Shown: positions 60,145-64,000 of the stretch, piece after piece
Layout of the letters: each line of letters begins with the position of its first letter
Numbering within the stretch: position 1 is the stretch's first letter
Source of the DNA: Gemmatales bacterium
GTDB lineage: Bacteria > Planctomycetota > Planctomycetia > Gemmatales > HRBIN36
Length of the DNA: 64,000 nt
Direction: 5' to 3'
Assembly (NCBI GenBank): GCA_041640595.1
Contig: JBEPZY010000004.1
Location: forward strand, 98,273-162,272
Notes under the pieces: generated by a model
Databases searched by the model: none
What the model was told of the DNA's origin: nothing
What the model saw: the letters and a program-made list of their open reading frames with translations, nothing else
Made by a program: the position numbers and the translations under genes

Positions 60145-62358
60145 TCAGCGGCCGAGGAAGCGGGTGATGTCCATGGTGGTAGCGGTGATGAAAAGCAACA
60201 GCAGCAGGGTCAGGCCGATGATGTTGGCGTATTCCAGCACGCGGCGACTGACGGGGCGGCCACGGATTTTTTCCACGATCAGAAACACCATGTGCCCGCC
60301 ATCGAGAATGGGAATGGGCAGGAAGTTGATCACCGCCAGGTTGATGCTGAGCAGTCCCAAAAACCAGACGAAGTGATTGAAGCCAAGACTGGCCATTTCG
60401 TAGCCCATGCCGACGATCCCGGCTGGGCCGCTGAGCAGGGTAATGGAGATGTCGCGGGTGAACAGATTGCGCAGGGTGAGGTAGATGTTGACGACGGTGC
60501 GGTGGGTGTCGCGCAGACCCAGGATCAATGCTCGCAAGGGGTCGGGGGCGTAATAGATGACCTTTTCGCGGTCGCGGATCAGGCCGCGCTCCGGTTGAAA
60601 CCAGTCATGCATCGGCTGAGCTTCGAGGCGAACGCGACGCTGACTGCCTTGCGGGGTGCGAATGGTCAGGACAATTTCGGGATTCAGCGAACCACCCTGC
60701 AAGGCCCAGAACAGATAAGGCCAGGCGACGCTGTCGCGAGCGGTTTCGTCCTCGCTGAAGCGGTAGGTCACGGTTCGCCAGCCGGTCGAGGATCGGGGTG
60801 AACGATCCTGCAACTCGACCTGCACACAGGTATCGCCGCGGTGCAGGATAATCGGCTCGTCCGTGTCGGCGTCGCGGACGCGGACGGAGAAACGCTGCGT
60901 GTCGAGGTCTTCGGCTAAGACTGGTTCCACACGACAGGTGATGCCGAGGGCGGGGATCGGCCAGGGGGCAAGCGGTCGGGAAGGGGCATAGTTCCACCAG
61001 GAAGGAACGTTGGCCTGCGGCTGAACGGGAATATCGAGCTGGCGGTCGTGGCGCTGGACGGTGAGGCGGACGGTCTGGCCGGCCCGCGCTTCCATGTTTT
61101 CCGGCAAGCGAAACGGGTCGCCGACCGGTTGACCATCCACCGCCACGATCACGTCGCCGGGTTGCAGCTTCTCCTCTCCCGTGCAGGCACGGGCGGTGAC
61201 CGGATTGACGGAAACGATCGGGCCTAATTGCAGTGGCAAACCGAACCAGCGTACAGGATGCGGTTCCACTTCGATCCAGCGCTGGTCGTTGGTTTCGGGG
61301 TTCCAGACAAGAAAGGCGATTCTGTCGCTGCGCCACTGATAGAGGATGCGGTCGGCAAGGCGCAAGGCTTCCACCCGTCGCATGCGGTCACCGCTGCGGT
61401 ATTCCTCGGCGGTCAGAAAGGAGCATTCCTTATCGTCGCGGAGATTCTTGACGGCGAGCAGAACATCGCCGGGTCGGAAACCGCGACCAGCGGCGGGAGT
61501 GTTGGGCAAGACCGGCCCGCCTTCGTCCAGGGCCAGCCGCGCCAGAGCCAGTCCCGGCATCGGTCCCAGTCCGAGTAAGGGTCGCGGATCGTGCGGGAGT
61601 TTGCGGGGCGTGATCGCTGCGTCTCGCACCTGACCGTCCGGGGTTTGCCAGCGAAGATAAATCTCGGTGATGTCGGCACGAGCCGTGGCGCTGGCGTACA
61701 TCAGGTCTTCAAAAGCGGGTCGCATGTTGCCATTGACCTGCAGGATGAGTGCGCCGGGGACCAGTCCGGCCTGGTCGGCCCGCGAACCGGGTTCGACGTA
61801 ACCGATGACCGGCAGCACTTCGGTCTTGCCCGCCATATACGCATAGATGAAACAGATCGCACCCAGTACCAGGTTCATCACCACGCCGGCGGAAATGATC
61901 ACCATCCGCTGACCGACCGGTTTGTTGTGATAGGCCCGGGGATCGTCGCGGGCAGATTCGGTTTCCTGGTCATACGGATTTTCGCCGAGCATCTTGACGT
62001 ATCCGCCGAGGGGCAACCAGGCGATTTTGTACAGGGTCTCTCCTTTGCGGAACCACAAACCGGGAATGGGTGGCCCGAAACCGACACTGAAGGTCTCGAC
62101 GTGGACATCGCACGATTTGGCTGCCAGAAAATGCCCCAGTTCGTGAATGAAGACGACCAGGGTCAATCCGCCGGCGAGCAGGGCGATATTGGCGAGCGAA
62201 CTGAGGATCTGCGTCCAGGATTTGCCCCACCACCACCAGGTCAGGATGGCCACGAGGAGGGCCAGCCAGAAAAATCGGTTGAGCAGTTGCCACACTGGAC
62301 GGGCCGGTTTCTCCGCCGGTGTTTGAGCATCGGTTTCGGGATTCAGGTTTGCAGACAA
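60145..62358 (-). CDS. rseP: RIP/site-2 metalloprotease with multiple PDZ-like domains
   Basis: IHELGH, FSVGFG, LPLGGYVKM, AGVVMN, NFLPIPILDGG; follows dxr as in the conserved operon. Confidence 0.92.
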   Translation of the reverse strand: MSANLNPETDAQTPAEKPARPVWQLLNRFFWLALLVAILTWWWWGKSWTQILSSLANIALLAGGLTLVVFIHELGHFLAAKSCDVHVETFSVGFGPPIPGLWFRKGETLYKIAWLPLGGYVKMLGENPYDQETESARDDPRAYHNKPVGQRMVIISAGVVMNLVLGAICFIYAYMAGKTEVLPVIGYVEPGSRADQAGLVPGALILQVNGNMRPAFEDLMYASATARADITEIYLRWQTPDGQVRDAAITPRKLPHDPRPLLGLGPMPGLALARLALDEGGPVLPNTPAAGRGFRPGDVLLAVKNLRDDKECSFLTAEEYRSGDRMRRVEALRLADRILYQWRSDRIAFLVWNPETNDQRWIEVEPHPVRWFGLPLQLGPIVSVNPVTARACTGEEKLQPGDVIVAVDGQPVGDPFRLPENMEARAGQTVRLTVQRHDRQLDIPVQPQANVPSWWNYAPSRPLAPWPIPALGITCRVEPVLAEDLDTQRFSVRVRDADTDEPIILHRGDTCVQVELQDRSPRSSTGWRTVTYRFSEDETARDSVAWPYLFWALQGGSLNPEIVLTIRTPQGSQRRVRLEAQPMHDWFQPERGLIRDREKVIYYAPDPLRALILGLRDTHRTVVNIYLTLRNLFTRDISITLLSGPAGIVGMGYEMASLGFNHFVWFLGLLSINLAVINFLPIPILDGGHMVFLIVEKIRGRPVSRRVLEYANIIGLTLLLLLFITATTMDITRFLGR

Positions 62359-63560
62359 CGATAAGCCTCCTGTCGCGCCCAGCGATCCGCTGCCAGGATC
62401 GCCTGCAATGCTGCCGCGTCGGTGGTCGGGGCGGCAGCCGAGTCGGACGTTGCCCAGCGCACCGCTGCGGGAAGGTCCGCGCCGCGATCGTAAGCCTCGA
62501 GCACGGCTCGACAGACGCGGACAATGTCGAGGAATCGGCAGCGACCAGCGAGGAACAGTTCGACAGCCACCTCGTTGGCCGCGTTCAGCACCGCCCCGCT
62601 CAGGTCATTCCGCCGCGCCACCTCGTACCCCAATTCTAGGGCGGGAAACCGCGTCAGGTCGGGTGGTTCAAAATGCAAATGCCGCAATTGTCCCCAGTCC
62701 AGTCGCCGACCCGGTCCGCGCGGGCGTTGCGGATACAGCAGGGCATACTGAATGGGCAGGCGCATGTCCGGTGCGGAAAGTTGGGCCAGCACCACGCCGT
62801 CCTTCAATTCCACCAACCCGTGCACCACCGATTCCGGATGAATCAGCACCTGGATACGCTCCGCCGGCAGGTCGAACCACCAGCGGGCTTCGATGATCTC
62901 CAGGGCCTTGTTCATCAGGGTGGCGGAATCCACGGTAATTTTCGGCCCCATGTGCCAGGTGGGATGTTTCAAAGCCTGCTCGGCGGTGACCTGCTGGAGT
63001 TCGGCCAGGCTCTTTTCCCGAAATGGCCCGCCGCTGGCGGTCAGAATGATTCGCTCGATCTGTTCTCTGGGCAGGTGGTGGAGCAGCTGGAAAATGGCGC
63101 TGTGTTCACTGTCCACGGGCAAAAGCAGTGCCTGGCTTCGCCGGGCCAGTTCCAGCAGATGCGAGCCAGCACAGACCAGGGCTTCCTTATTGGCCAGGGC
63201 GACGGTTTTGCCCGCGGCGATGGCTGACCACGCCCCCACCAGTCCCGCCGCACCGACAATCGCCACCAGGACAATATCCACGTCCGACGACGCCACCAGT
63301 TCCCGCAATGCCGCCTCGCCAAAGTGCAACTGGGCCGGTGCAAATTCGTCCGCACTCACGCGGTCGCGCAGGGTTTCTTCGGTCAGCACTGCCCATTTTG
63401 GCCGAAACTGCCGCACCTGCTCCCGCAACCGCTCGACGCTTTTCCGCGCTGCCAGACCCACCACTTCCAGCCGATCCGCAAACGCCGCTACCACTTCCAG
63501 GGCGCTCACGCCAATCGAACCTGTCGAGCCGAGAATCGCCACGCGTTTTTTCTCTGCCAT
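62343..63560 (-). CDS. dxr: 1-deoxy-D-xylulose-5-phosphate reductoisomerase
   Basis: LGSTGSIG, LANKE, PVDSEHSA, TASGGPFR, HPTWHMGPKITVDSATLMNK, NAANE. Confidence 0.98.
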   Translation of the reverse strand: MAEKKRVAILGSTGSIGVSALEVVAAFADRLEVVGLAARKSVERLREQVRQFRPKWAVLTEETLRDRVSADEFAPAQLHFGEAALRELVASSDVDIVLVAIVGAAGLVGAWSAIAAGKTVALANKEALVCAGSHLLELARRSQALLLPVDSEHSAIFQLLHHLPREQIERIILTASGGPFREKSLAELQQVTAEQALKHPTWHMGPKITVDSATLMNKALEIIEARWWFDLPAERIQVLIHPESVVHGLVELKDGVVLAQLSAPDMRLPIQYALLYPQRPRGPGRRLDWGQLRHLHFEPPDLTRFPALELGYEVARRNDLSGAVLNAANEVAVELFLAGRCRFLDIVRVCRAVLEAYDRGADLPAAVRWATSDSAAAPTTDAAALQAILAADRWARQEAYRCLQT

Positions 63561-63658
63561 GTTCCGTTTCGCGGGTCGTCACCGGTCATGTCCGGAATAC
63601 TGGAACCACTGATTTTTTCCTTCCGTGTCTGAGCGTCGTGGTGGTTGTGTCCTGGCAT

Positions 63659-64000
63659 TTACACCAGGCGTTTGGCTTTACCGCGTACCGCACGCTTGAA
63701 TTCGCCGCTCGCCAGCACCGCCAGGTTCACCTGCAATCCCGCAAACGCCCCCGGTGCAAACCATTCCCCCGGTTCAATCTCCTGCCGCACCACGAATTCG
63801 CCACCCCGATTCTCGTTCTCCTCGACGAATGGCCCATCTTCATCCACGCGGATAATCCAGTACCAGGCGACACCGTAGCGGGCGTAATCGCGGTATTTGC
63901 GACGCATCAGTCGAGGCCGATCGCCAGGCGATTCGATTTCCACGCACAAATCCGCCGGGCCGTACAGCCGACCGTCACGCAAGCGTTCCGCATGTTCCTT
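63659..64000 (-). CDS. Uma2/DUF820 family PD-(D/E)xK-like endonuclease (5' end outside the window)
   Basis: GPADLCVEIESPGD...KYRDYARYGVAWYWII. Confidence 0.85.
   Translation of the reverse strand, partial: KEHAERLRDGRLYGPADLCVEIESPGDRPRLMRRKYRDYARYGVAWYWIIRVDEDGPFVEENENRGGEFVVRQEIEPGEWFAPGAFAGLQVNLAVLASGEFKRAVRGKAKRLV

Noticed and set aside
63659..64000. Uma2 nuclease as part of a defence or mobile system
   Set aside because: The family is commonly expanded as standalone genes in planctomycetes; the gene is truncated by the window and has no partner visible.

Overview
GC-rich, gene-dense bacterial chromosomal segment. It is most likely from a planctomycete (Gemmatales-like), inferred from the Planctomycetes/Verrucomicrobia-type microcompartment locus, zinc-finger Ser/Thr kinase, ASPIC/UnbV protein, secreted sulfatases, 24-aa LRR protein and fused cytochrome b/c. 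Much of it is housekeeping: glgA, kdsB, queG, thiS-thiG, yggS, argC, purF, nadK, phoH, cdsA, uppS, purA, M16 peptidases, hemC, hslVU, rseP, dxr. Notable parts: (1) a PV-type BMC operon (42.0-50.1 kb) with a clear sigma70-like promoter and candidate looping operators, extended by an uncharacterised class I aldolase-like protein and a quinone-reductase-type oxidoreductase; (2) a squalene-hopene-cyclase-like gene paired with a DUF116-polyprenyl synthase fusion, a candidate unknown terpenoid pathway; (3) near-identical tandem sulfatases whose indels cluster in a few loops; (4) a mosaic 72-bp-repeat LRR gene flanked by three unrelated non-coding repeat arrays; (5) a kinase split by one in-frame TAA; (6) a two-repeat CRISPR-like mini-array; (7) a TpA-rich, skew-inverting compositional zone that ignores gene boundaries. 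I saw no rRNA, tRNA, transposase, integrase or cas genes. All calls are from motif recognition by eye; no searches were run.
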